A stretch of DNA of 51,324 nucleotides from a virus (Duplodnaviria > Caudoviricetes). Every line of letters begins with the position of its first letter. The first letter of the stretch is position 1. Made by a program: the position numbers and the translations under genes. Below, in pieces: positions 28,195 to 37,483 of this stretch. Location: positions 1-51,324 of IMG/VR virus record IMGVR_UViG_3300033076_000403, one strand, 5' to 3'. The notes beneath the pieces are model-generated. The model was not told where the DNA came from and searched no databases. It saw only the letters and a program-made list of their open reading frames with translations.

Positions 28195-30681
28195 TTAACG
28201 AGCACGAGCGATCTTAAACGGGTTCTCGGCAAAGGCCGCGAAGATGTATGTGCCGCCGCTGGCGTTTTCGGATGCGCTAGTGTTTCTATGCTTGAAGCCG
28301 TTAGACAAAATATCAAGCACGTTGTCTGTTCCTTCTGTCGTAGAACTATCTGCCAACAAATAATTTGGCGAATTGTTTGATGGGTTTCTTGATGTATCAA
28401 TTAGAAACCAAGAACCAGTTGTGTCTGTGCGCTTGACCATCACAAAGCGAGGACGGAACCCGCAGTACACAAACGGCCCATCAGTAGACCCGTTGCCCGT
28501 GTAGGAGCCAAACCGACTGTAGCCTGCGACTTCTGCCCAAGCATAAACAACAATATTATCATTAGAAGCGGCATAGAAAGTATTGTTAAAACTAAATACT
28601 GTGCTTGTAGGTTCAGTTGTAGTAAATGGTTGTCTAGTTGTAGAAACTGCGGCTGTGCTTTGTAAAATTAAAGTATTGCTAATTGCACCTAATCCTTTAT
28701 TCCATACATCCCAACCATAAGCTTGTGTTCTATCTTTCATAATAAGCATAGCTGGTTTTACACCTAAACCATGACCTATTGTAGAAGTTCCACTTGCTGA
28801 AGTTGAATTAAATGTCACCACACTGAATCCAGCCGTAGTGTTTACAGACACTGTGCTGGTGATAGAGCCGCTTGTGTTGGATGAGGTTGTGCCTTGTCCT
28901 GCCTGCCATTGCCAAGCAACGTAAGTTGCAGAGCCAGAGTTTGTCGAATTGCTTCCACCAACCTGAAAACCATTTGAGTTAAATGCTTGTAGCGTATTTG
29001 CCGCGCTTGCCTCTGCCGCAGTGCTATTTGAAATCAAATAATTTGTTGCGCCGCGAACCGAGTCATAAAGAGTATGGTCATACGCTTGGTTTCTTGCTTT
29101 TGTCCAAACCAAATCAGGTTTAAATGTAGTGCCAATCGTATTGTTTCCACCGTTCGTGATGGTTCTTGGGTTTGTCCCGTCACCCGTCCAAGTCGTCGCC
29201 GCCATGACCTGAGCGCCGTTTGTGATGGTAGGCGTAGGCAGGTTCAGTGTGTTCAGCGCCAAGAAGCCAGCGGGCGGGGTGTAGGCGAAGGGGCGTTGGC
29301 CGAAGTTGAACACTGCGGTTGTATTCAAGTTTGAAACGCCGCAAGCAGGGTAGTATGGGCCGCTGGTCAAACCCGTGAACGCCGTACCTTGACTTGTGTT
29401 GTTTTTGTAGAACGTGAGCGTCCCAGCGTCAGCATCAAACGCCACGCCAATCACATCATTTGTGGTGTATGTCGCGCCATAAGCGGAACTAGAGCCGTTG
29501 GTGTATTTGACACCACTGCCACCTTCATAGCTCCACCCAAAAGCGTTTGATCCAAGATACGTTGTCCAGTCGTAACCATCTTTGGCAATGCCAATCGTGA
29601 ACTGGTTGCCGCTGTTTTGTGGAATGACTTCCCAATACCACTTGCCAGATGTCACACCCATCGTTGCGACACCAGTAATAAAACCGCCGCCATTGCGAAC
29701 AAGGCTTAGGTTTCCATTTTGCGTGTACCAAGACCCGCCAGAACCGCTTGGCGCAACTGGGTTGACCACCGCATAGTTCCCCACGCCATTGCCAGTGCCG
29801 CTCGTCCAGTTTGTCGGGCTGTCCAGCATCCAGTCGTAGGTTGTCCCTGCGGTCAGGCTGAAGTTGTTCGGTGTCCAGTTGTTGCCGTTGCCAGAATAGT
29901 CCTTGCCCAGCGCAGCGGCTGTCACAGCGCTGTTGTCAGCAAAGGTCAGGTAGAACCCGTTGGTTCCGTATGTGCCTGTGTAGGGCAGTGGTTGCCATGT
30001 GCCTGTGGTGTCGTACGCGCCGAAACTGGAAGGCGTGAGTGCTTGGCCGTCAATGAAGTTGACTTCGGTGAGGTAGCCGTCGAAATAGTTCGGGCCATAG
30101 TCAGCAGGGTACGAACCAACTCTTTGTGGCGCTGCTGCATTAACACCACCCGCGTAGTTCAACGATGGATAGTTTGCCGTTCCAAAGGAAGTGACTTGAG
30201 TGCCGTTTACATACAGTTTCACTCGGTTGGATGACGTTGCTTGTGTCGTATCGACAGCCAACACGATGTGATAGTAAGCAGAAGGGTCGCGAAAAACCTG
30301 AGTTGTCACCAACGAGAACAACGAAGCTGCCGACGAATAGCTTTCGACGTTGATTGTGTCGGAGCTTGTGAACTCGATATAGGTGTGGTCGGTAGACGTT
30401 GCGTTGCTTCCGCCGCCAAACACAGTTTGCCTAGCGCCAAGAGCACCGCGTTTAACCCAAGCACTCCATGTCCAAGTTGTGCGATTTGATGCGCTCGCAG
30501 GTGTTCGACTCAAATAAGCCGAGGCAGACGAACGAAAACGCAGGCTATTGCCCACGATCTTGGGTGACCATGTGGACGAGTACTGAAACTGTTGCTCAAG
30601 CGTCCATACCCCACTCTCCGTGGTCATGGTAGGCGTAGTGGGGTTGGCGGTGATGACGCCGCCGAGGTAACGCTGAGACAT
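28195..30681 (-). CDS. tail fibre/receptor-binding protein, paralog of 25639-28185
   Basis: Same domain order and many identical motifs (YLTEVNFIDGQALTPSSFG, AFAENPFK). Confidence 0.8.
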   Translation of the reverse strand: MSQRYLGGVITANPTTPTMTTESGVWTLEQQFQYSSTWSPKIVGNSLRFRSSASAYLSRTPASASNRTTWTWSAWVKRGALGARQTVFGGGSNATSTDHTYIEFTSSDTINVESYSSAASLFSLVTTQVFRDPSAYYHIVLAVDTTQATSSNRVKLYVNGTQVTSFGTANYPSLNYAGGVNAAAPQRVGSYPADYGPNYFDGYLTEVNFIDGQALTPSSFGAYDTTGTWQPLPYTGTYGTNGFYLTFADNSAVTAAALGKDYSGNGNNWTPNNFSLTAGTTYDWMLDSPTNWTSGTGNGVGNYAVVNPVAPSGSGGSWYTQNGNLSLVRNGGGFITGVATMGVTSGKWYWEVIPQNSGNQFTIGIAKDGYDWTTYLGSNAFGWSYEGGSGVKYTNGSSSAYGATYTTNDVIGVAFDADAGTLTFYKNNTSQGTAFTGLTSGPYYPACGVSNLNTTAVFNFGQRPFAYTPPAGFLALNTLNLPTPTITNGAQVMAATTWTGDGTNPRTITNGGNNTIGTTFKPDLVWTKARNQAYDHTLYDSVRGATNYLISNSTAAEASAANTLQAFNSNGFQVGGSNSTNSGSATYVAWQWQAGQGTTSSNTSGSITSTVSVNTTAGFSVVTFNSTSASGTSTIGHGLGVKPAMLIMKDRTQAYGWDVWNKGLGAISNTLILQSTAAVSTTRQPFTTTEPTSTVFSFNNTFYAASNDNIVVYAWAEVAGYSRFGSYTGNGSTDGPFVYCGFRPRFVMVKRTDTTGSWFLIDTSRNPSNNSPNYLLADSSTTEGTDNVLDILSNGFKHRNTSASENASGGTYIFAAFAENPFKIARAR

Positions 30682-30690
30682 GCTTGATCC

Positions 30691-31065
30691 TTAGCTGATT
30701 TCTTCCCAAGATGCAGTGACGGTCAGGTAGTTGGCTGTGCCAGCAGTTGCACCAATCGACTGGTTCTCCAACAGGTAGAACGTCGTGGTTTTGTCCGTCA
30801 CGATCAAGGTAGAGTTTGCAGGGACCGAGATGGTCGAAGCAATCGGGTACGCCGTGCCACCAAGCGAAGCTTGAGAGTAGACGTTGATGGTGATGTTGGC
30901 TGCCGCCGTGCCGTTGGTGTTGGCCACGACAATCGAGTTGATCTTATAAACCTTGTTGCTCGATGCAGCGTTGCTCACCAGCTGGTTTGCGGATGTGTTG
31001 GCCAGCGATACCTCTGACGCGTTACCGTAGATGGTCGTGACGTTGACGATGTTTGGGTTTGCCAT
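30691..31065 (-). CDS. virion structural protein
   Basis: 124 aa beta-rich (MANPNIVNV...SWEEIS) in the tail module; AAGGA RBS. Confidence 0.7.
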   Translation of the reverse strand: MANPNIVNVTTIYGNASEVSLANTSANQLVSNAASSNKVYKINSIVVANTNGTAAANITINVYSQASLGGTAYPIASTISVPANSTLIVTDKTTTFYLLENQSIGATAGTANYLTVTASWEEIS

Positions 31066-31068
31066 TTG

Positions 31069-31809
31069 TTAACCTCCGAAGATCATGGCCATAGCGATGG
31101 ACTTGCCCGTTGTAATGCCGGTACCCGTCAAGGTACCTCCACTGTAGGTCAAAGACCCAGCAACGGTGACGTTTGTGAAACCCCCAGACCCGTTGTTTGC
31201 CAACAGTTGGGTATTGGTGCCCGTGGGGGCTGCAGCGTAATCAGTCCCTGCCGTAGCAGCGGTGAACGCGGAAGTGCCGTTGCCTTTTACAAGGCCAGTC
31301 AAAGTCGTCGCGCCTGTACCGCCGTTTGTTACCGGCAGCGTACCAGTCAAGTTTGTGATGACGGTGGTGGCCACTTTGACGAAGTCGGAACCGTTCCAAG
31401 CAACCACAGCCTTTTCGCCGCTGGCAATCGTCACCCCAGTGGTGGGGCCCACACCAACAATCTTCACAGACTGCGATGTGGAGGTGGCGTTGAGAACAAT
31501 GTAGGATTTGCTGGAAGCCGGTGCAGTGATGGTCAGCAAACTTGCTGGGCTACCCGTGCAGTTGATGATGGCGTACTGCGAAGAACCCGTGGCCCCTGCA
31601 CCCGCTTGCGAGATATTGTTTCCCGCACTAGAGCCGTTGGTGATTGAAAGCGTTACGGCTGTTTGCGTACCGCTAATTGTTTGTGTACCTGCGACAGCAA
31701 TATCGAGGTAGTCGGTGATGCCCTTGTTGACATCGTCGCCCCATGTACCGGATTCTGTACCGGTTACCGGCTCAGCCAAGCCGAGTAGGGTGGTGTAGTT
31801 AATCGTCAT
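31069..31809 (-). CDS. tail fibre-like structural protein
   Basis: TGTESGTWG N-terminus, LPVTNGGTGA fibre repeat, C-terminal GKSIAMAMIFG. Confidence 0.7.
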   Translation of the reverse strand: MTINYTTLLGLAEPVTGTESGTWGDDVNKGITDYLDIAVAGTQTISGTQTAVTLSITNGSSAGNNISQAGAGATGSSQYAIINCTGSPASLLTITAPASSKSYIVLNATSTSQSVKIVGVGPTTGVTIASGEKAVVAWNGSDFVKVATTVITNLTGTLPVTNGGTGATTLTGLVKGNGTSAFTAATAGTDYAAAPTGTNTQLLANNGSGGFTNVTVAGSLTYSGGTLTGTGITTGKSIAMAMIFGG

Positions 31810-31819
31810 TCAAACGCTC

Positions 31820-32902
31820 CTATTCTGTTGGGATGAGTTCCCAATCAGCAGTTTCAGCATTATCGACTGTACCCCAGTTAGACGACTGAGAGTTGTCGAT
31901 GTTTTGCCAATTTGCAGTTTCAGAAGTACCAACAGCAGCCCAGCTCACGCTTTGCGAATTGTCGATATTCTGCCAGTTTGCAGCCTCGCTGTCATCAATC
32001 AAGCTCCAATAAAGAACTCCGACAGACCCAACGTCGCCCATTGTTTGGCATCCAGTGATAGCCACCAGACGCGCACCGACCATAGAACCAACCGCGCCAC
32101 TTGCCTGAACACCAAGTCCAGAAATGACGTCTGATTCAGAAACAGAACCTACGCTACCCGCAGCGGATACGCCCGTAATAGCGATTTGGCGGTCACCAAC
32201 GGAAACAGAACCAACGGCTGCATCAGCCTGAACACCGTCAAGGACAATCCTGCGTACGACAGTGCCTACGGCCCCGTTTGCCTGAACACCCGAAAGCGCG
32301 ACAGACAACGCCCCAGTGACCGCGCCAACATCGCCGCCAGCCTGTACACCAAGCGCTGACTCCTGATCGACCGCCGCTACGGTTCCAACTGCACCAGCAG
32401 CCTGCACCCCAGAGATACCGGCTTCTTTGCCATGCACAATCGAGCCAACTTGGCCCGCAGCCGATACGCCAGTAAGCGCAATACTAGTGGAAACCCCAAC
32501 AGCGCCAACGTTGCCGCTGGCTTGGACACCAAGTGTGGATTCTTCTTCTGCTGGCGCAACAGTACCAACTGCACCAGACGCAGCAACACCGGAAAGCGCG
32601 ATGGAAAGTGCGGAAGCGACAGAGCCTACATCGCCGTTGGCCTGTACACCGAGGGTGGATTCTTGATCGGCAGCCGCAACAAAACCGACATTGCCAGCAA
32701 CCTGAACGCCAGAAAGCGCAACCGTGACGGTAGGGCCGGTGTTTCCAACCGACCCGTTAGCCTGTACTCCAGTAGCAGCAGGGACTTCTCCGACGCCCCA
32801 AGGACCATACCCCCAAGCGCCTTTACCCCAACCGGGTCCGGTAGGGTCAGGGCCAAAGGACCACGGGCCTTGGCCCCAGTAACCTGAGCCCCAGCCTGCC
32901 AC
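31820..32902 (-). CDS. repetitive structural fibre protein
   Basis: GW-rich N-terminus, many ~19-aa GV(Q/S)AxGxVG repeats, 11-aa W-x-x-ID-x-S repeats at the C-terminus. Confidence 0.7.
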   Translation of the reverse strand: MAGWGSGYWGQGPWSFGPDPTGPGWGKGAWGYGPWGVGEVPAATGVQANGSVGNTGPTVTVALSGVQVAGNVGFVAAADQESTLGVQANGDVGSVASALSIALSGVAASGAVGTVAPAEEESTLGVQASGNVGAVGVSTSIALTGVSAAGQVGSIVHGKEAGISGVQAAGAVGTVAAVDQESALGVQAGGDVGAVTGALSVALSGVQANGAVGTVVRRIVLDGVQADAAVGSVSVGDRQIAITGVSAAGSVGSVSESDVISGLGVQASGAVGSMVGARLVAITGCQTMGDVGSVGVLYWSLIDDSEAANWQNIDNSQSVSWAAVGTSETANWQNIDNSQSSNWGTVDNAETADWELIPTE

Positions 32903-32914
32903 AACTACCTGCTA

Positions 32915-33373
32915 TTAGGTTGTTGCCAAGCGGAGCAGGGCGGTGGAGGTGGTGTTGGAAGGCATCGTCAAAGTGAATGTACCTGCTGTCACAGTTTGGG
33001 AGCCGAATGTGTGCACACTCACCGCCTTGTTTGATTTGCTGGCGTTGTAAATCAACACGGCGTCGAACGCGGTAGACAGCGTCACGTTGGTGTAGACCAA
33101 ACTTGCAGATGGGGTCCAATACGCAGTGCCCGCCGTAGCCGAAGCGTTTGTTGCCGTCGGTGCGTTTGCGTTGGTCACCGCGATACCACCAGCAGTGTAG
33201 TTGGTACCAGACACTTCGCCGGTTGCAGAGTACGCAGTGGTCGATGCGTCGTATGTGGCCGTAGTTAAGTACAGCGCTGCTTTGAAAGTGTCACCGGTAG
33301 AAGGTGTGAAGTTGTGCGTGCCGGTCAGGAGTTCTCCCATGAACGAAGTGCACATTGATTGGGTATTTGCCAC
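32915..33373 (-). CDS. virion structural protein (paralog of 33582-34004)
   Basis: CTSF..DTFKAALY..TTAY..GEV..YTAGG..ALLRL. Confidence 0.75.
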   Translation of the reverse strand: MANTQSMCTSFMGELLTGTHNFTPSTGDTFKAALYLTTATYDASTTAYSATGEVSGTNYTAGGIAVTNANAPTATNASATAGTAYWTPSASLVYTNVTLSTAFDAVLIYNASKSNKAVSVHTFGSQTVTAGTFTLTMPSNTTSTALLRLATT

Positions 33374-33384
33374 AGCGAACTCCT

Positions 33385-33579
33385 TTATGCGATTTTTGCA
33401 GCTTCAGCGCCCATGATGAGCGCTTTCTTTAAATGAACATGCACCGAGCGGTGCACCAATTCACCGTCCAGCCAGTATTCAACCCAGCTGGTACGTTCAT
33501 TGTCGTCGTCAATCAGCCCCTCGCGTTTTTCGAGAAGCTCTTCATCCATGAGGCCTTTGGTGGTTGTGATCTGTGCCAT
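33385..33579 (-). CDS. small acidic hypothetical protein
   Basis: ATG 33579 (MAQITTTKG...WVEYWLDGELVHRSVHV) fills the gap between the two paralogs. Confidence 0.7.
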   Translation of the reverse strand: MAQITTTKGLMDEELLEKREGLIDDDNERTSWVEYWLDGELVHRSVHVHLKKALIMGAEAAKIA

Positions 33580-33581
33580 CG

Positions 33582-34004
33582 TTATACCAATCGAATGAGA
33601 GCAGAAGTGCTTGTGTTCGCGGGCATCTGCACGGTGAAAGTTGAGGTCGAAGTCTTGTCGTTGCCGAAGTCTAAAACACAAACCGCGCCGTTCGCACCAG
33701 CTTTGTAAATCAACGCTCCACGTGCTGTCATAGCGGCAGTCCAAGAAGGAGAAGAGAAGTTGATGTACACAATGCTGCCAGATGGCGTGGTCTGTGTAGA
33801 CACCGTTGCAGTCACAACTTGTCCGCCCGCCGTGTAGCCAGCAGCTACTACTTCGCCGTCCGTGGTGTACGCGGTGGTTGTCTCATCCAGCGTAGCAGCG
33901 TTGGTGTACAACGCCATTTTGAACGTGTCGGTGGAAAAGTTGATGCCCCCGCTTGCCATATTGGAGCGGAGACTGTTGCATGAGTAGTTGCCTGTGAACG
34001 CCAT
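33582..34004 (-). CDS. virion structural protein
   Basis: CNSL..DTFKMALY..TTAY..GEV..YTAGG..ARGALIY..LDFG. Confidence 0.75.
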   Translation of the reverse strand: MAFTGNYSCNSLRSNMASGGINFSTDTFKMALYTNAATLDETTTAYTTDGEVVAAGYTAGGQVVTATVSTQTTPSGSIVYINFSSPSWTAAMTARGALIYKAGANGAVCVLDFGNDKTSTSTFTVQMPANTSTSALIRLV

Positions 34005-34007
34005 TCA

Positions 34008-34694
34008 TCACCCCACAGGTTGGCGGTACTGACCGCTTCTGTATGCGTCTTGACGCTCCATGCCGTCGCCCAGACGTTTAGCCAGAGCAAGAGCTTCCAT
34101 GTACTTCGAGTTGTACAACTGCATCATGTCTTGCTCACCCTTCATGTAGGTGTAAGCCTCGACGAGCGAACCGTACAACAGCACAGAGTCAAAGTTGTCA
34201 CCAAGCCACGAAGTACCCGCAGTCACGATGGACTCGGGGTAGTAGTAATAGTGCAACTCGACGTTGTAGTTGGCATCCGGGGTGGGGCCAAGAATGAACG
34301 ACAACTCATTGGTGATGGTGCTGCCGTTGACCGTCGGGCCAAACAAAGCGTAGTACTGCGGAGTGGCAGTGTCATTCGGGGTTGGGTACGCCTGACGAAT
34401 GAAGTTCACGTCTTTGTTGAGCAGGTATTCATACGTGCCCGTGTTCAGATCGTTGCCCGTCACGTTTGTGATGACAGCCAAAGAGTACACAGCCAAGAAG
34501 TCGTTCGGCGCGGACAAGTACTTGTTGCCCGCAACCGTCACACCCGTCATGTTTTTCCGCAGCGAGGGGAACTGCACCGCGTTGTAGATGCGCTGCTCTG
34601 CCTGTTGCACAAAGACAGGAATCTCCGCCACGAAGTTTGCCTCCGTGTTCTCGGCGTAGTTTTGAATCGCAGCGCTTAACTCGGCGTAGTTCAT
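34008..34694 (-). CDS. head-tail adaptor/tail tubular protein A-like
   Basis: MNYAEL..FVQQAEQRI; PQYYA; LGPTPD; LLYGSLVEAY. Confidence 0.72.
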   Translation of the reverse strand: MNYAELSAAIQNYAENTEANFVAEIPVFVQQAEQRIYNAVQFPSLRKNMTGVTVAGNKYLSAPNDFLAVYSLAVITNVTGNDLNTGTYEYLLNKDVNFIRQAYPTPNDTATPQYYALFGPTVNGSTITNELSFILGPTPDANYNVELHYYYYPESIVTAGTSWLGDNFDSVLLYGSLVEAYTYMKGEQDMMQLYNSKYMEALALAKRLGDGMERQDAYRSGQYRQPVG

Positions 34695-34701
34695 GTAACC
34701 C

Positions 34702-34992
34702 TCAAGCCATCGGGCCTCGTGCCATCACACCTTTAGTCGCAGCACCGGTGCCGCGAATACGGGTTTCGCCATTCTTGTTGTCAGGTTTGTAGTTGCCCTT
34801 GCTGACCATGCCAGCAGATGGGTTCAACTCATCAATTTCTGCGCGCTGTGAAGTCACCGGCAAAGGAGCCTTGACTGTCTTACCAGTCATGGTGTGTGGC
34901 TTAGCGTAAGCCTCAGCCGGTTTGTTTTCGCGGTTCTTGCCCGTGACAACTTTGGGGCTGTTTTTGGTGGTGGGTTTGACGAGTTTGGGCAT
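34702..34992 (-). CDS. small basic protein
   Basis: ATG 34992 after GGAGG; Lys-rich; C-terminal RGTGAATKG motif. Confidence 0.7.
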   Translation of the reverse strand: MPKLVKPTTKNSPKVVTGKNRENKPAEAYAKPHTMTGKTVKAPLPVTSQRAEIDELNPSAGMVSKGNYKPDNKNGETRIRGTGAATKGVMARGPMA

Positions 34993-34993
34993 A

Positions 34994-35227
34994 TTAGCCT
35001 CCACGACCAGACGAGCGCTGGTTCATCACACGAGCCATGTTACGACCGTACTTCTTCATGTCAGCAGAAGTCACGCCGCCTTTTTTCAGCTTGGACAGAT
35101 TTGTGCCCTTGCCGCCTTTGTGTTCTTGCTTATCGTGCATCTTGAAAGCTTTTTTAATCAGCTTCTTGTCCTGCGCGATGTCTTCTTTCATTTCACCCTT
35201 TTCAGAGTGCATTTCCTTTTTGGCCAT
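34994..35227 (-). CDS. small basic protein with LKKGG motif
   Basis: 77 aa Lys/Met-rich; TAAGGAG RBS. Confidence 0.75.
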   Translation of the reverse strand: MAKKEMHSEKGEMKEDIAQDKKLIKKAFKMHDKQEHKGGKGTNLSKLKKGGVTSADMKKYGRNMARVMNQRSSGRGG

Positions 35228-35237
35228 GTTCGACTCC

Positions 35238-35666
35238 TTATGTCGTTGCTACCGTAACTGTACCTAATTGCACAGATAAAACCAAGTTGTTTGGCGTGAC
35301 ACCAGCATCATAAGCTTGCGACCCACCAACCGGATTCCAGCCCCACTGGAAAATGCGGCTACCGCCTTCCAACGTACCCTGTGCATCAGGACTCGGGCTA
35401 GTCGAGTTCACGATCTGTAGCCCACTCAAACCTGAAGTCACATAGCTGCGGTCCGGACGAGGGTTGCGCAGCCCTTGTGGGTCATCCACCGGAAACTCAC
35501 CCAAATGCAACTGCGGCTGGTCAGGGTCCCAACACTCTCGGCAAACCAAGAGTTCGTAGTTCTTGCCCTTGATGACCTCGCGGCGTAGCTCTTTGAGTTT
35601 GTAGCGCCCGTCGCAACGGTCGCACTGGGCAATCGCCCATTTGCCCGAAGCGAAGCGATTTCCCAT
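35238..35666 (-). CDS. zinc-ribbon-containing phage protein
   Basis: CDRC...CREC, DPQGLRNPRPD. Confidence 0.75.
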   Translation of the reverse strand: MGNRFASGKWAIAQCDRCDGRYKLKELRREVIKGKNYELLVCRECWDPDQPQLHLGEFPVDDPQGLRNPRPDRSYVTSGLSGLQIVNSTSPSPDAQGTLEGGSRIFQWGWNPVGGSQAYDAGVTPNNLVLSVQLGTVTVATT

Positions 35667-36599
35667 TTAGATGGTGTTCCCAATGAACTGCTGGCGCGGC
35701 ACAAACCGCAGCGCAGCTTTCTCGTGGTCCTCGTACGCGGCGTTTTCCCAAGCCTCGTCGTACTGCTGCTTCAACACCATCAGGCGATCAGCGCCTTCCG
35801 GAATCTTGCCAGCGATGTAGTACGCCAACCCAGCGGCCATACAAGGAATGAATCGAAACGGAACGTCCATGACGTTGACACCGCCACCGGCGTCCTGCGT
35901 ACGGCGCAAGCGCCAGTACACGAACTGATATGGCTGAGAGGCATCGGGTGTTGGCCAAACAGTCACGCAGGGGAGGTTGTTTTTGTAGATGGCCGCGCCC
36001 GCTGTGTGCGATGCGGCAGTCGTGTTGTTCTGGGCACGGAAGCAGTTGTACAGCGTATTGCCGTCGATGTAGCCGTACTGAATGGTCTCTGAGTCAATGT
36101 CGATGAAGCCAGTGTTGTTCAGGTCGGCAGTGTCGGTCAGAGTGATCTGGGTGTCCGTAGCGTTGATGCTCGTGGCTAGGGTATACCCGGTGTTGTAACG
36201 CTGGCCGTCCAAACGCTGCACCCACACCTGAATCGGGCGGGCTTGTTGCAGCTTGTTGGGCAGCGTAGCGTAGGTGGAGACGGAAATGCGGGTGATCGTC
36301 AAATCCGCCTGTGTCGAGGCCACGTTTGCACCGGTGCGGATCACATGCTCAAGCAGGTCCACGGTGTCGTTGGGAAGCGCGTATGTGTTTTGCCCCTGCA
36401 CCAAATTGATGGTGTTGGAGTCGATGGTCCACATGTTGATGCCACGGTTGGCCCAATCAGCGAACATGATGTTCAAACTGCGGCGGGCCGTACGCAGGTC
36501 ATAGCCGGAGCGCAGCTCTCTACCGGCGCGTTCAAACGCCTCCTCGACCAGCTCGGTGAGGTCTAGGTTAAATGCTGTGGTTCCGGATGTGTTGGCCAT
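35667..36599 (-). CDS. head-tail connector/adaptor protein
   Basis: EEAFERAG..ARRSLN..WANRGIN, VWPTPD, PFRFIPCMAAGLAYY. Confidence 0.72.
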   Translation of the reverse strand: MANTSGTTAFNLDLTELVEEAFERAGRELRSGYDLRTARRSLNIMFADWANRGINMWTIDSNTINLVQGQNTYALPNDTVDLLEHVIRTGANVASTQADLTITRISVSTYATLPNKLQQARPIQVWVQRLDGQRYNTGYTLATSINATDTQITLTDTADLNNTGFIDIDSETIQYGYIDGNTLYNCFRAQNNTTAASHTAGAAIYKNNLPCVTVWPTPDASQPYQFVYWRLRRTQDAGGGVNVMDVPFRFIPCMAAGLAYYIAGKIPEGADRLMVLKQQYDEAWENAAYEDHEKAALRFVPRQQFIGNTI

Positions 36600-36600
36600 G

Positions 36601-37068
36601 TCAATCTCTGTGCTGGTAGTGTTGTGGCAACGCGCCAGAAATACCGTTTACTTGGCCGCCCTGCGCGAACTTAAACAACTTCCCCAATACGTCTGCAATC
36701 TGCTGGATGTCTGCGCTACCAAACGTCGGCGATGACTGTGCGGGGGCTGGAGCTGGGGCGGGGGCTGCTTGCTGTACAGGAGCCGGAGCACTGTACGACG
36801 TGGGCACACCTTGAAGCCGGTTGTAGTAGTCCTCGTACTGCTGAAATGACCCACTCGGCGACGCAGCGCGGCTGCCGCCAATGTTTGGGGGCGCTTGCCA
36901 CCCTTTGGACAACGGGCGGGTCACTGACGGAACGGAAGGCGTGGGTGTGGCTGCCGGGGGCGGAGTGCTTGCTGCGGGCGCAGGTGCAGGCGGCGCTGGG
37001 CTTGCGGGAGCGTTCAGCGCGTCAATGCTACGAATAGCTTGCATTACTGCTTCGGCAAAGTTGTTCAC
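36601..37068 (-). CDS. Pro/Ala-rich disordered protein with FAQGG motif
   Basis: 155-aa ORF filling the operon gap; low complexity. Confidence 0.6.
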   Translation of the reverse strand: MNNFAEAVMQAIRSIDALNAPASPAPPAPAPAASTPPPAATPTPSVPSVTRPLSKGWQAPPNIGGSRAASPSGSFQQYEDYYNRLQGVPTSYSAPAPVQQAAPAPAPAPAQSSPTFGSADIQQIADVLGKLFKFAQGGQVNGISGALPQHYQHRD

Positions 37069-37076
37069 GATAGCCC

Positions 37077-37250
37077 TTACTTCATCTTCTTCAAAGTTTG
37101 TGCCAGACGTGCGCGTTGGCCAATCTTACCGGGCTTCTTTGCAGCGGCGGCCAGCTTCTTCGCCGGGATCGGCTCACCTTTCTTGGCACCAAGTTCGGCA
37201 CGCAATGCGCCGGGTTTCTTGATAGCCTTCTGAATCCATTTTTCAGCCAT
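37077..37250 (-). CDS. small basic protein (57 aa, not in the ORF track)
   Basis: MAEKWIQKAIKKPGALRAELGAKKGEPIPAKKLAAAAKKPGKIGQRARLAQTLKKMK; TAATG coupling to the upstream gene. Confidence 0.8.
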   Translation of the reverse strand: MAEKWIQKAIKKPGALRAELGAKKGEPIPAKKLAAAAKKPGKIGQRARLAQTLKKMK

Positions 37251-37483
37251 TATCGGTACCTCGCTGTTTTTGCTGCCACTTTGGGTGGCTGTTTCACGAA
37301 TTGTTTCCCGGCTTTTTTGCCAGCACGTTTTGCACGAGTCGTCGCAGCGTACTCAGAAGGGCTGAGAGCTTTGATCGCAGCTTCAGGAAGATATCTTTCG
37401 CCTGTGTCAGAAGAGCGTTTTCCACTTTTGGTCCTCCACTTTTGAGCGGTCCAATCCTTGAGAGACTGCTGCGGGTTCTTCAC
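37250..37483 (-). CDS. small basic protein, DUF5872-like C-terminal half
   Basis: QQSLKDWTAQKWRTKSG..GERYLP..GKQFVKQP. Confidence 0.75.
   Translation of the reverse strand: MKNPQQSLKDWTAQKWRTKSGKRSSDTGERYLPEAAIKALSPSEYAATTRAKRAGKKAGKQFVKQPPKVAAKTARYR

Noticed and set aside
25639-30681. Diversity-generating retroelement TR/VR pair
   Set aside because: No reverse transcriptase; the repeats are two full paralogous genes and their differences are not adenine-specific
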